Source of the DNA: Nemertoderma westbladi
Lineage: Eukaryota; Animalia; Xenacoelomorpha
Direction of reading: 5' to 3'
DNA: 64,000 nucleotides
NCBI GenBank assembly: GCA_032718475.1
Contig: JAUCBJ010001692.1
Span: 1-64,000 of the forward strand
Part shown: piece after piece, positions 36,952 through 47,963 of the stretch
How positions within the stretch are numbered: the first letter of the stretch is position 1
Layout of the letters: the number at the start of each line of letters is the position of its first letter
The notes under the pieces: model-generated
Databases searched by the model: none
Told to the model about the DNA's origin: nothing
What the model saw: only the letters and a program-made list of their open reading frames with translations
Translations under genes and position numbers: made by a program

Positions 36952-37071
36952 GAGTAAAGCATCGGTCCAATAGATAGTTTTCTCCAGTGGATAGTCGATC
37001 TGTTCTGTTACATTCCGGCCGATGGCTGTAGCGTATAGAGCCGCTTTTAACTCCGCTCAAGGAACTTTCAA

Positions 37072-39255
37072 CTAGTTGTTTATCAAGGCCTTAGAGGTAA
37101 CCAAGGCGACCTTGATTCCATCCAGAGTTTCAACTCTCAGGTAGGCTACTATACCTATTCCCATATCGCTGGCGTCTCCAAACACATGGAGTTGATAGGA
37201 ATACGTAGGGAGAACATGACCAAAATATGAACGGGAAATTATAAAGTTCTCGATTGATGGTAGAGAATCTTCCCATTTCATCCACTTCTTTAATAGTTCT
37301 CCCTTAAGTGGATCGTCCCATGAGTGGTTTTCAAGCCACATTTGTTGTACTAAACTCCGAGCAATCAATATAACAGGGCTAATAAATCCCAATGGATCGA
37401 AATAAGTGCTCAGGATACTTAGACAAATCCGTTTAGTCCAAACTGGATTATCTCGCTGTTTTAGCTGGAAAAACAGGATATCTCTCTCTGTGTCCCATTT
37501 CAAACCAAGTGTCTTGGTTTCTGGAAGATCGTCTTTGATTAGGTCTAGATCTTTAACTCCTCGATCTTCTACCGGGATCGATTCCAGAAACTCACGGGAG
37601 TTGCTGGTGAATTTAGTTAATCGAAATCCACCTCTTTTCAAGCACTCTACCGTTCCTTTGGCGACATCAATGGCTTCTTTCACTGATGGGAGGGACTTTA
37701 AATTGTCGTCCATGTATATATCCCGTTTGATGTTGTCGATCACCTCTTTAGAGAAGGCGTCCCGGTTGTCATCAGCAGTGGTGCGCACTACTGAGCAGGC
37801 GTTTGAAGGACTCGAGATGATCCCAAAAGCCTGGATGGTCATCCAGTACTCCACCGGTTTCTGGTTGAGGTCTCCCTCAGGCCACCACAGAAATCGTAGG
37901 CTGTCTCGATCCCTATCCAGCGCTTTAACTTGTAAGAACATGCCTTCTATATCTGAGGCAAAAGCGATTGAATATTGTCGTAATCTTAAGAGTATTCCCA
38001 ACAAGGATTGGAGTAAGTTGGGTCCTGGCAACAACTCGGAATTGAGGGATTGGCCCATGTAGAGGGCGGAGCCGTCAAATACTACCCAGACTTCGTTGGG
38101 TTTACCGGGTTTGGGAACGTAATGATGTGTTAGATAGTACGTTCTCTCAGTTATGGGTGTTTCTTCCGGTACTCGCTCCGCATATCCCTTGTCAATAAAT
38201 TTCTTCAACTGAGTCTTGTACATTTCCTTAGCTGAAGCATTTGCCGTAAGGCGTCGATGTAGTTGCGCAATTCTTTTCTCCGCCAAGGGTCGGTTGTTTA
38301 TAAATATAGGTTCTCGCTTTCGAAATGGCAGACCAATTTCATATCTACCTTGATCTTTAAGAAAACGTGTAGTTGTTTCCTGTATCTGCTTGGCTCTTTC
38401 TGCTTCTACCGATAGGGCCTTATTGTAGGAATTGGGCTCTACAGCCTCTTGAGTAAAGAATCGTACGGCGTGTTCATCCCGAGTCTTCGCGTTGTAGCGA
38501 TCTATCACGTCATTCAGTTCGTCGTTATAGTCGACTGTTCCTGATGGATGAATGAGTTGACATAGGTTCACTTGGTTTTGCCAAGTTTCGTTTTCCGTAA
38601 GGAGGTCGATGGTATTCTCCTCGTCGAAGAGATGGTGGATATCATCATTATCTGAGGAGTATGGTGTTCCCTCAGTTGTGTCATCTACCTCACTGCTCTC
38701 CGCTTCCCATTCACTTACCTGGTAGACCCGTTCTTTGGGTAACCTTTCCATGAGAGTTCTACGGGAAGGGCCAGTAAAGTACCAACCTACTCTAGTTCTT
38801 CCCGCATAGGTTTGTAGTGGTTGCGGTTGAGCAGGCCGTTTCTCCAATGTCTCAAGCGCCTCATGCGCATTTTGGCCGATGAGTATTTGCACTCCAGGGT
38901 AGTCTGTGTTGAATCTAGGTATCTTAAGGTGCTGGGTGAAATCGTCCTCATCCCAGTTATAAGGTTCCACTTGGCTGGTAGCGAAGTTCTTTATCGCCAC
39001 CATTTTTACTGACCTTATACTGTATTCTCCTAGTTTATCCTGGGGAGTGGACAATGCACCTACATAATAATCTGCAATTACTGTAGATTTCCAAACCTGC
39101 ATAATTCCTGACATGTTTAACTTAGTTCGGAACTTGGGTTGTCCAGCAAAGATGTCTTCGGCTAGTTCTTTGTCGATGAATGTTCCTGTGCTGCCGGAGT
39201 CAAGGAGGGCGTTCACTATATAACTCTTGTCACGCCCATGGACTCTCAACTGCAC
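37072..39255 (-). CDS. Element B protease + reverse transcriptase + RNase H N-terminus
   Basis: LLDSGS, VVFDGSA, DIEGMFLQV, YMDD, FDPLG, LHVFGDAS; frameshift near 37070. Confidence 0.95.
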   Translation of the reverse strand: MQLRVHGRDKSYIVNALLDSGSTGTFIDKELAEDIFAGQPKFRTKLNMSGIMQVWKSTVIADYYVGALSTPQDKLGEYSIRSVKMVAIKNFATSQVEPYNWDEDDFTQHLKIPRFNTDYPGVQILIGQNAHEALETLEKRPAQPQPLQTYAGRTRVGWYFTGPSRRTLMERLPKERVYQVSEWEAESSEVDDTTEGTPYSSDNDDIHHLFDEENTIDLLTENETWQNQVNLCQLIHPSGTVDYNDELNDVIDRYNAKTRDEHAVRFFTQEAVEPNSYNKALSVEAERAKQIQETTTRFLKDQGRYEIGLPFRKREPIFINNRPLAEKRIAQLHRRLTANASAKEMYKTQLKKFIDKGYAERVPEETPITERTYYLTHHYVPKPGKPNEVWVVFDGSALYMGQSLNSELLPGPNLLQSLLGILLRLRQYSIAFASDIEGMFLQVKALDRDRDSLRFLWWPEGDLNQKPVEYWMTIQAFGIISSPSNACSVVRTTADDNRDAFSKEVIDNIKRDIYMDDNLKSLPSVKEAIDVAKGTVECLKRGGFRLTKFTSNSREFLESIPVEDRGVKDLDLIKDDLPETKTLGLKWDTERDILFFQLKQRDNPVWTKRICLSILSTYFDPLGFISPVILIARSLVQQMWLENHSWDDPLKGELLKKWMKWEDSLPSIENFIISRSYFGHVLPTYSYQLHVFGDASDMGIGIVAYLRVETLDGIKVALVTSKALINN

Positions 39256-39267
39256 TATGGGAAATTC

Positions 39268-42200
39268 TCAGATTCCTACGTTGGAAGTTGGTGCTTTCCA
39301 AGATGGTTGTCGTTCAGGAGTAGTTAGGGGGAGCTCATTGTCAGTTTCCTTCTCATACGTAAGTGCTCGATACACTGCGGTATTTATTAGGTAACAGGAT
39401 TCGTTTTCGTCGGAGAATTCGTCCGTATAGAATCCTTCCATCTCAGAACTTTGGTCAGTGTCGTTCACATCACTGAATTGGACATGTAGTTCGGACTCAC
39501 TTACCTGACTAGGGCTGTTTCTTTCGAATTCAGTGTGCAACAAGATATGATGTTTCGCGCCGCACTTTGCACACCTTGCGTCGGAGTAACAGGTTCGCCG
39601 TTGGTGTCCTTGTCTGAGGCAATTATAACACAACCGCTTATCCCACATGACTTCACGTCTATCTTTTAGTAACTTCTTTAAAAATTCATCACACGTACTT
39701 AAACGGTGGGGCCCGTCACACAGCGCACATTTTGGTTTGATGTTACTTACCTTACTTTGAGTAACGTTGTGCACACTCGTTCTTTCCTCGGGCTTTCTTA
39801 CATGAATTCTCTTAGGAGACGTAGGAGGAGTTTTTCTTACCTGTTCTCTCCTGTCATTGGTTCAAGACTTGAATTTACTTACGTCTTTAGGCACTTTGTT
39901 GACATAGTAAGATCTTTCAGTGTCTTTCCCGCTGTCCTCTTCTTGAGAAGCCTGGCTTTCGCCGTCGTCGGTATAACACACTGGTGTTACCTTTCTCCTA
40001 GAAACGGGTTTCTCACTTACCTTATTTTCTGGTGTCTTCTCTCTGGACTGCTTTAGGAGCTGTAATTTTACCTCTCCATCTAAGAATGACATGAGATCAG
40101 CCATGGTAGGGTCTCTTCGTTGTTGTTCCATCATATATAAGACTTTTTCTTGTCCCAGCGTGTACCTACTCCACCCTTTGGTAAAGTAGAGGCCACGGCT
40201 CCAATAACCATAGAACTCTGATATTCATGGGACTTACCTAGCCAATCTAATTGTCTACAGATCTCCTGAATCTCATCGGAAAACTCTATAATCCCGCTGC
40301 TAATGAACTTTCGGGGCGCTACCAATTTTGCATACAAATACCTAGCTATGTTATTCCTATTACCATACCTGATGTTTAGTGTATCCCAAACTTGTCTTAA
40401 TCCATCTGGATGTCCAATAAACTTTAACGCCATTAACTTGGGAGATCCTTCCAAGCACTCAATGAGGAATCTAAGTTTCTCTCCATTAGATAGCACAGAG
40501 TTCTGTATGTTATCTTTATAATATTCATTAAAAGGTAACCATTTCATCTCATCTCCATTGAACTTAACGATCTCTCCCACCTTTACCGCTTGACGGGCTT
40601 CGGTTCTAGCCATTTGACGCGTAAAACTTTCTTGGGCCATCGTGTTATTTAATATCGAGTTATCGGTATAATAAATTTCTCGGATTATGATCAGGTCTAT
40701 ATGGAATATCATTGTCAACAGGTTTATAATTACCCTTAATAGTTTCTACTTCACTAGCAGTATAGATGCGTGTAGGCTCCACACCTTGCGCATGAAATAC
40801 TTCAGACCTAACAGGTTGACACATTGTTACAGGGGGTGATGGTATACCCTTTTGTATATTTACTAATTTATCGCGTTCTAACGCGATACTCTGCTGCACT
40901 TCTTGCAACTCTAACCTGCCCTCTCTGACTGTTCCCTTTAAGTGCTGAACAGTCCCTTCCATCTCCCGGACCTGCTGAGAGGAACACAAACGGTGTTCCC
41001 TCAGCTGCCCGAGCAGGAGACCCATCTCCCGCCATCCCTCATCCACCCACTCTACCGCCGAAGCGGGAGCCGCCAACATAGTAGCGGGTAGACGAGGGAC
41101 AATGGGCGACAAATCGTCGATATTTCGCTCGGAGTCCAGGACAGGAACTGTCTCAGGGGCGGTTCTGTTGGGCACAGGTAGTTTAGTGCTGTGCAAAGGG
41201 AATTTAGAGGTAGGTTCTGGGAGTACAGGTGTCTCTATCACCGAAGGGGTGGCTTCGAGAACAGGCCTAATTATTTCAGGCTCATCTACTATTGTAGGGA
41301 GTCTTTCTATTCTAATAATTTGGTCTGTGGGTTCTGTACTACCTAAGTCTGTGCTAGCTAGTTGCCTTCTAACAGCTGGGGGCAAATCAGGCAATTTCTG
41401 ACGGTGGGACATTCTTCTACGCCTGCTTAGACGAGATCTATTTCCTCCGCCTTCAAGATCGGCGGTATCGCCTTCATCAGATGATGTAAATCCCTGTCTT
41501 TTGGGAGTAGATCGACTCATCATCTGCATTTGACTAGCTGTTAACTGTTTATTGAAGTTGTCTTGCTTCTCCTGAAGATTTTCCAACTCTAGTTGGGTTG
41601 TCTCTTCAGATGCCCTCCGTTCTGCTTCTGCCACTGCCGCTTTTCTTTCCACTTCGGCCGCTTTTCTTTCCACTTCGACCGCCTTTCTTTCCGCTTCTGC
41701 CGCTGCCACTGCCGCCTTTCTTTCCGCTTCTGCCGCTGCCACTGCCGCCTTTCTTTCCACTTCGGCCGCTTTTCTTTCCACTTCGACCGCCTTTCTTTCA
41801 GCTTCTGCCTCTGCCGCTGCCGCTGCTGCTGTCTTTCTATCTTCTATACGTTTTTTCTTCACTTGTTCTTCTTGAACCCTAGCGATGCGGATGCTTTCAT
41901 CAAATTTAGCTTGGTTCGCAGCTAACATTTCCGCATCTATTGCGTCCAACACAAACTTGGCTCCTTCACTATTAGGACGAAGTCCAGCCAGCCTTCTCCT
42001 CAACTCTTCGTCACCTAGAAATCGTTGATAGTCTGACAGATAGATGTCTATAGCGTCCTTCTTCTGCGGTTTCTCTGCTGTCGCTTCGCTTTCCACTTGA
42101 GAAAAGGTAGCGTCTGTTGATTCTCCGTGGGTTGAGCGCTCAGCCAGCTGAAAATTCCACTGGGCCGTTCCTTGAACCTTGAGACTCACCCGCTGGAACC

Positions 42201-42933
42201 AAGTCTTTACGGCAACTTGCAACGACATGTCTTGTCTTCTTTTCGAAGCTTCCTCAAAGGCCGATAGGATTAGTCTGATCCTTAGAATTCTTTCTCTAAC
42301 TTGATAAAGCAGCTCTCCCTGCTCTTGAGGTCCTTGGGGTTGTCGAAACAGTTGTTCTTCTAATCGCTCCAAAGAGCTGAAGAATCCCTGTACATATCCT
42401 GCTGCCGACCTCTTCCACACAGCTGGATCACTAGTGTCTTTTGTCACTCCCATCCTGTGTATGTCTTCCCAGGCAGCTTCCGATAAGTCAAACGGGAGTC
42501 CGGGTCCGGGGAAGTTCCATTGCGACTCGACAATAGACTTCAGTTCCTCCCTTGTGTATCCCGCATAACTATCCTTGGTCGATCGCTTACTTCTCTCCCA
42601 ATCAATTTGGTGTTCCTCCACCGCAATCAATACCCTAGTGAGTACGGCTGCAGGAAGGATGAGAAGGGGATCCGAATAAACCGCATCTGCCATCTTTGCT
42701 CCGCGCTCGGGTGTCAGCTCTACAGTATCCGAACTACTGGAGCTGTCGGGCCGCTGAGAAATAAGTTCTCGGCTCGAGTGTTGCTGCTGTTTAACAGCTG
42801 CTTCTTGGTCCCGCTTGACTTGAGCCCAAGTGCCTATGATATACCTCCGGTGTTGGACTAGCCTAGGGTCCGATACTACTACTGGAGGGATGATCTTTCT
42901 TACAGTAGGAGGTGAGTTGAACTTCGGTCTCAC
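39268..42933 (-). pseudogene. Element B gag (fragmented by frameshifts and stops; start codon region deleted)
   Basis: ORFs 40660-42933, 40131-40718, 39862-40134 and 39268-39774 are colinear with A gag and include a coiled-coil AEAERKA repeat tract. Confidence 0.92.
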
Positions 42934-44822
42934 ACGTTATACACAGTTGAATGCCTACTGCTATATTACAGTTAAAGCAAGTCTAGTAATTCAGTATCAA
43001 CTGTTAGCCTAGTAATTAATTACCGATATCGTTACTCAGTGTAACGTGATATATTTACAATATATTAGAATACCGGTATGCACTTATAGTATATATATAA
43101 GTATTATTACAGACTAGGTTTGTCACAGAATACCGGTATATAATTTCAGCTCAAATATATAGAAATATATAATAAGCCTATCGTGAATACCAGTATACAG
43201 CTTACACTTATAGTATATATAAGTATAATTATAGACTAGAATTAATTACAGAATACCGGTATATAATTTCAGCACAAATATATAGAAATATATAATAAGC
43301 CTATTGTAAATACCGGTATGTCAATTATTTTAGAATAATTGAATTTCTGAATTTTAGGGTTACTTGGTTACTTTACTTTACTTTATTACCGTTATTTAAG
43401 CAGTAGTCCAACTGATATTAAGACCTAATTGTTGTATGACAGGCCTACTATTTTATAAATCAGTTTGAGTTGATTTATAATATATATACCCGTTTAATGG
43501 GTTTCGTTACAATATTTGAAATAAATGTTATTATTTCTGGGAAGGAGTCACTACACAGAAGCTGTACGCTCTCAGTGAAGTGCTACTTGTTGGACACTAA
43601 AACAAATAATTCTAATTTGCCTAAGTTACTTATTACTACAATTATGTACAATACGGGATGAGATTACAATCTCTAAATAAACACAAAAATTACACGTACG
43701 AATTTTAGGGGTAATTTTACAAGAAGTCTACAAACCAGCCTAACAAGGGGTTAGAATTTCTGGTTATTACAACAGACAGGATACTACGGTATTTGAAAGT
43801 AATAAAGCAGTAGTAAATATATTGCGTTGTCCAGATAGGAAAAATACCACCGTCTGACGACTTATAGCCGGAGCGCTATAAGTACTGCGTTATGTACACG
43901 GAGTGTTCCTACCTAGAAGTTAATTACCGGCCTACCAGAGCCAACGTGCCTATTACTTTACAACACAAATATACTGCCTACACACTAATTATCTTAGGAA
44001 AGCACTGTACACTAAACCCTAAATTAGGTACAAGTACTTATACAACAAATAACCAGCAGTTAAAAATACTTGTACAGCTAAAAGAACCACGGTATCTGCC
44101 GGAGTGACCAGAGCATAAAATCACCAGTCTTTACCTACGCCGAACAGCCCTGATGTAGTACCGGGGTTAATTTAACTATAACGGTATGTATAACAAGCAC
44201 AATTACTGTAGGAATAAACTTGGGGTTGTGAATGTTGTGAATAATCGCATAAACTCTGAATAATAAATATTACGCTACCCATACAGACTACACAAACAAA
44301 ATACAGACCAAACGCTGGCAGACTGCTATCAAGCCTAAATAAACTACAGTATATGCAGACTCCGAAATGGTTAGTTAGTATGCGTTCTAACCAAGTAGTA
44401 CGACTTATTCTTTCGGGGGGGGGATTTACCTTACAGCACTGGATGCCCACCACGTTCCTAACTAGTAATTTATCAGACATATACTCTACACACACTGCAA
44501 TCTCTTCAGACTTAACAACAGTCAGACAACAATTCAGCCTACAAATTATTTATACAATCTGGGCAGGCTTACACGTCTTCTGCTCAATATTAACTTACAA
44601 ATAAATAAAACTGACAGAAATAAGTAAAATCCCAATAAAAAACCAGGGCTGCAGTCCCTGATTAAATATCAAGACCTACCGGTATATAATTATCAAAATC
44701 GAATAATACTGCTGTACCTGTACTGCTGTAAGTACCGGTTCGGGTGGTTAGGTAGTCAGGCCTACTGGTTACCGGTCGACCGGTACTTTTACCTTTATTG
44801 CCTACGTTGCAATAAAGAAGCA

Positions 44823-44833
44823 ATAACTGTTAT
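44823..44833 (-). promoter_or_regulatory. Non-tRNA primer-binding site of B, complementary to LTR-internal 45614-45623
   Basis: Sense sequence CA|ATAACAGTTATTG with no TGG; TAACAGTTAT pairs with ATAACTGTTA at the LTR position homologous to A's site. Confidence 0.6.
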
Positions 44834-45928
44834 TGTTCGCGCTTTTAGACCTTTAGCAGTTTAACCTGCCAAATTTAGGTGTCTTCTAGGTTATAAATCG
44901 ACTTTAGCCTATGACAAGTATTTGATACACATAAAACTACATTAGCCGAAGCCAGCCTATGCGCGACCATTCACCCACTGGATTTACCCGGGAGACTGGA
45001 TTCGGAAGCTCTGACCTTATTGCGGTGTAGGCCTACTATATTATTCGATTGATCGTTAATATATAATCTCTGACAAATATTATTCACTTTCGGGAAATAT
45101 TAACAGTTCCTTTAGGACGTGGCGCTCTAAGTATGTAAACAGAGTTATGACTTACACTAAACACAACGGGATGGCTATTGATTCACGTATAAAGCGCATT
45201 CTTTAGGAGATTTTTCTTGATCTTGAGGAGATCTTGAGGACATTCTTTATCTATCACACTCATGCACACTACTGCACAATGCTGCACACCGATCTGCCGA
45301 CCTTCACTAATTTTAATCATATATAAGGAGAACAGCCACTGACACATGTAGGGTCTATGAAATAGCATTCAATTCACTCCAAAACCACTATAATGTAAGT
45401 CGCAATTGCTATATGTAACCGGTCTCTCTAACCCTTCAGTATATCAAGAAGATTGGGGTTTTCTGATTATTTATCGATATTCTCCAAATATAACAATATT
45501 CCTTCAACTGATACAATTAATAACCGACAGTAAATAGCAGTAAAAATAATGCGGTGTTTGTATGTGACAATATGAGCAGTTTGTGATATGCAGATTTGGT
45601 TTGCCAGTTTTGTTAACAGTTATACGTTTCTATGATCAAAGCCGTTCTAATGTTTGGCTAAAGTCTGAAACACAGAATAATTCCAAAGCAGGTGTTTTGG
45701 GCTTAGAAAGATACACACTGACTGAATTGCGTGAGTTTCTGTATGCACTGTCCAACACAAAATGAAAATCGCTCTGATTGGTCGAGCCAAACAAAGAAAG
45801 CCAAAAGCTACACGTCGACATCTCAGCTGATAGATGTCGTCATCTGAAATACACCGTATTAAGAGTATTCTGGTGCATTGCGGCATAAAATTGCTAGTTA
45901 TGTACATATACATGTATATGTACATGTA

Positions 45929-47963
45929 CAGTCGGGGTCTCAAAGCGCATCTGTTCTTTGAGATTTTCTCAAAGTTTTTCTAAAAGTGTCTAAAAGTCAT
46001 TACATTACTCCCAACGGCCGCTTTGAATTCTTGTAGACACTTTTAGTTGGGAATCTCAAAGTGATTTCCTGCTTTTAGGCACTTTGAATTCTTTGAATTC
46101 TTTGAGAAATGTCACTTTGAGGTAGTTTGCGGCACTTTTAATTCTTTGAGAAAATAAACTCCGAGGTATTCCTGATTGACAGCTCGTGGTAAGTTAACTG
46201 AGAGGCAGAGGCATTCTCGGGGAACAATATTATGCGGGCAACAAAGTGATACTTGTGTGTTGGCCAGTTGTTGCATAGAAGCTATATTCCCATTAATTTA
46301 TCAAATTGAGGTTCCTGAGGTCATTACAGGATGAGTTTTCGGTCGCAAGTACAAATTGAATTTACGGCACCCTAAAGTCTTTCTAAAAAAACATTCATTC
46401 AAATAATACATGAAACATAATTTGTAAAACAAGATTAATGCTTGACAAGATTGATTATTTTAATAACATAATACAATATCAGATTAAAAATTAATATAAG
46501 AGAAACTTCTCTGTAGTTTCTCTGTGTATACGCAGTTTCATTATAATGACCGAAAGAAGCCCTGTTGGGAGAAAGCTTGTAATAACATTTGTTATTCATT
46601 TCATTAGTCACCTCAGGTCAAACCGTACTACCTTTACTGTTTAATTAATATGATAACTATGTTGACGAGAGCGCGAGAATTCCTTCTTAAAAACTAAGAA
46701 AGGCTTTCGACTTTCAAGTACGATAGAACGGCTACAATCTTGTGTTGTTTTAGCTTAATAGAGATATTAAAATATCCCCTGCCGCTGGCGTTTATATTTG
46801 AGCATATTTTAAATGTTTGCCTCATATTCAATTGATGTGTACCGCCTTCTGGCAAAGCGGCACCCAGTTTAAACTATCAATCACAGCTAGTGAGTAGCGA
46901 CCCACGGTCGGCGACCTTCAAACAAACAGGTGCAGAGTCGGAAAGAACTGTCACATGCTTTGCTTGGCTTGTGGTACCATTTGATTACATAATAGATTTT
47001 GGCAGACTGGGCGGTCGCTCTGACCATATGCATTGCGCACCAACAATGCCTAAAATTGAATCATTTATCTTTATTCCTGCCTCTATCGTTATTCTTTACT
47101 TTGTATAACACAATTTACAGTACGGCAAAGTATGGCTGGTTGACCATTGAAATGCATTGGTAAAGGAATTCGGCGTTCACGTGGGCTAAACAAATTTAAA
47201 CAGTACAGTTTTAGCACTATACATTAATATAGATAGGGCAACAGAAAAACTGTCTATGACACAAATACCAACACATCCCGATAGCCCGCAATTACGGCGT
47301 CTCTAAAGAGCCCAAATATAAATTAATAAAATCCTCTATGAAACAATAAAAATTCCTACAAAAAATACTGCTGTATTAAATATTAGTTACTGCAGTAACA
47401 TATAACAATTACTGCAGTAACAAATATTTATTACTGCAGTAATAAATATTTATTACTGCAGTAATAAATATTTATTACTGCAGTAACAAATATTTGTTAC
47501 TGCAGTAACAAATATTTATTACTGCAATAATCAATATTAATAAATTAATAAATAATTGAATAAAAATTAATACTGCAGTAATCAATATTAATAAATAATT
47601 GAATAAAAATTTCTACTGCAGTAACAAATTATTTGTTACTGCAGAAAAATACAATTTTTTATTACTGCAGTAAGTTTAATTCTTACTTTCAGTAACAAAT
47701 ATTTATTACTGCAGTATTTTTTGGAGGCATCTTTATTGTTTCATAGAGGTTTTTATTACTTATATTTTACCCTTTAGTAGTCAAAGTCTATATACCCCAT
47801 ACCATAGCCAGCTTCAGGCAGGACTGTATGAAATGACTGACAGTACTACTTTGAAATCTTTGAGGACACTTTGTCATTTTCTTGGACCACTTTTAGAAAT
47901 TTGAGACACTTTTAGTTCTTTAAGAAAATCTCAAAGAACAGATGCACTTTGAGACCCCGACTG
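45929..47963. mobile_element. Non-autonomous Tc1/mariner-superfamily element
   Basis: ~40-bp TIR cagtcggggtctcaaag(c/t)gcatctgttctttgagattttct; TA TSD; no long ORF. Confidence 0.88.
47301..47780. mobile_element. Nested MITE/foldback with internal palindromic ttactgcagtaa tandem units
   Basis: cctctatgaaacaataaa...aaaaaatactgc is inverted at about 47710-47750; ~22-bp repeats lie between. Confidence 0.7.

Noticed and set aside
37406-38062. 218-aa antisense ORF over B's RT
   Set aside because: It is a shadow frame of pol and is broken in the A copy (26826-27482)
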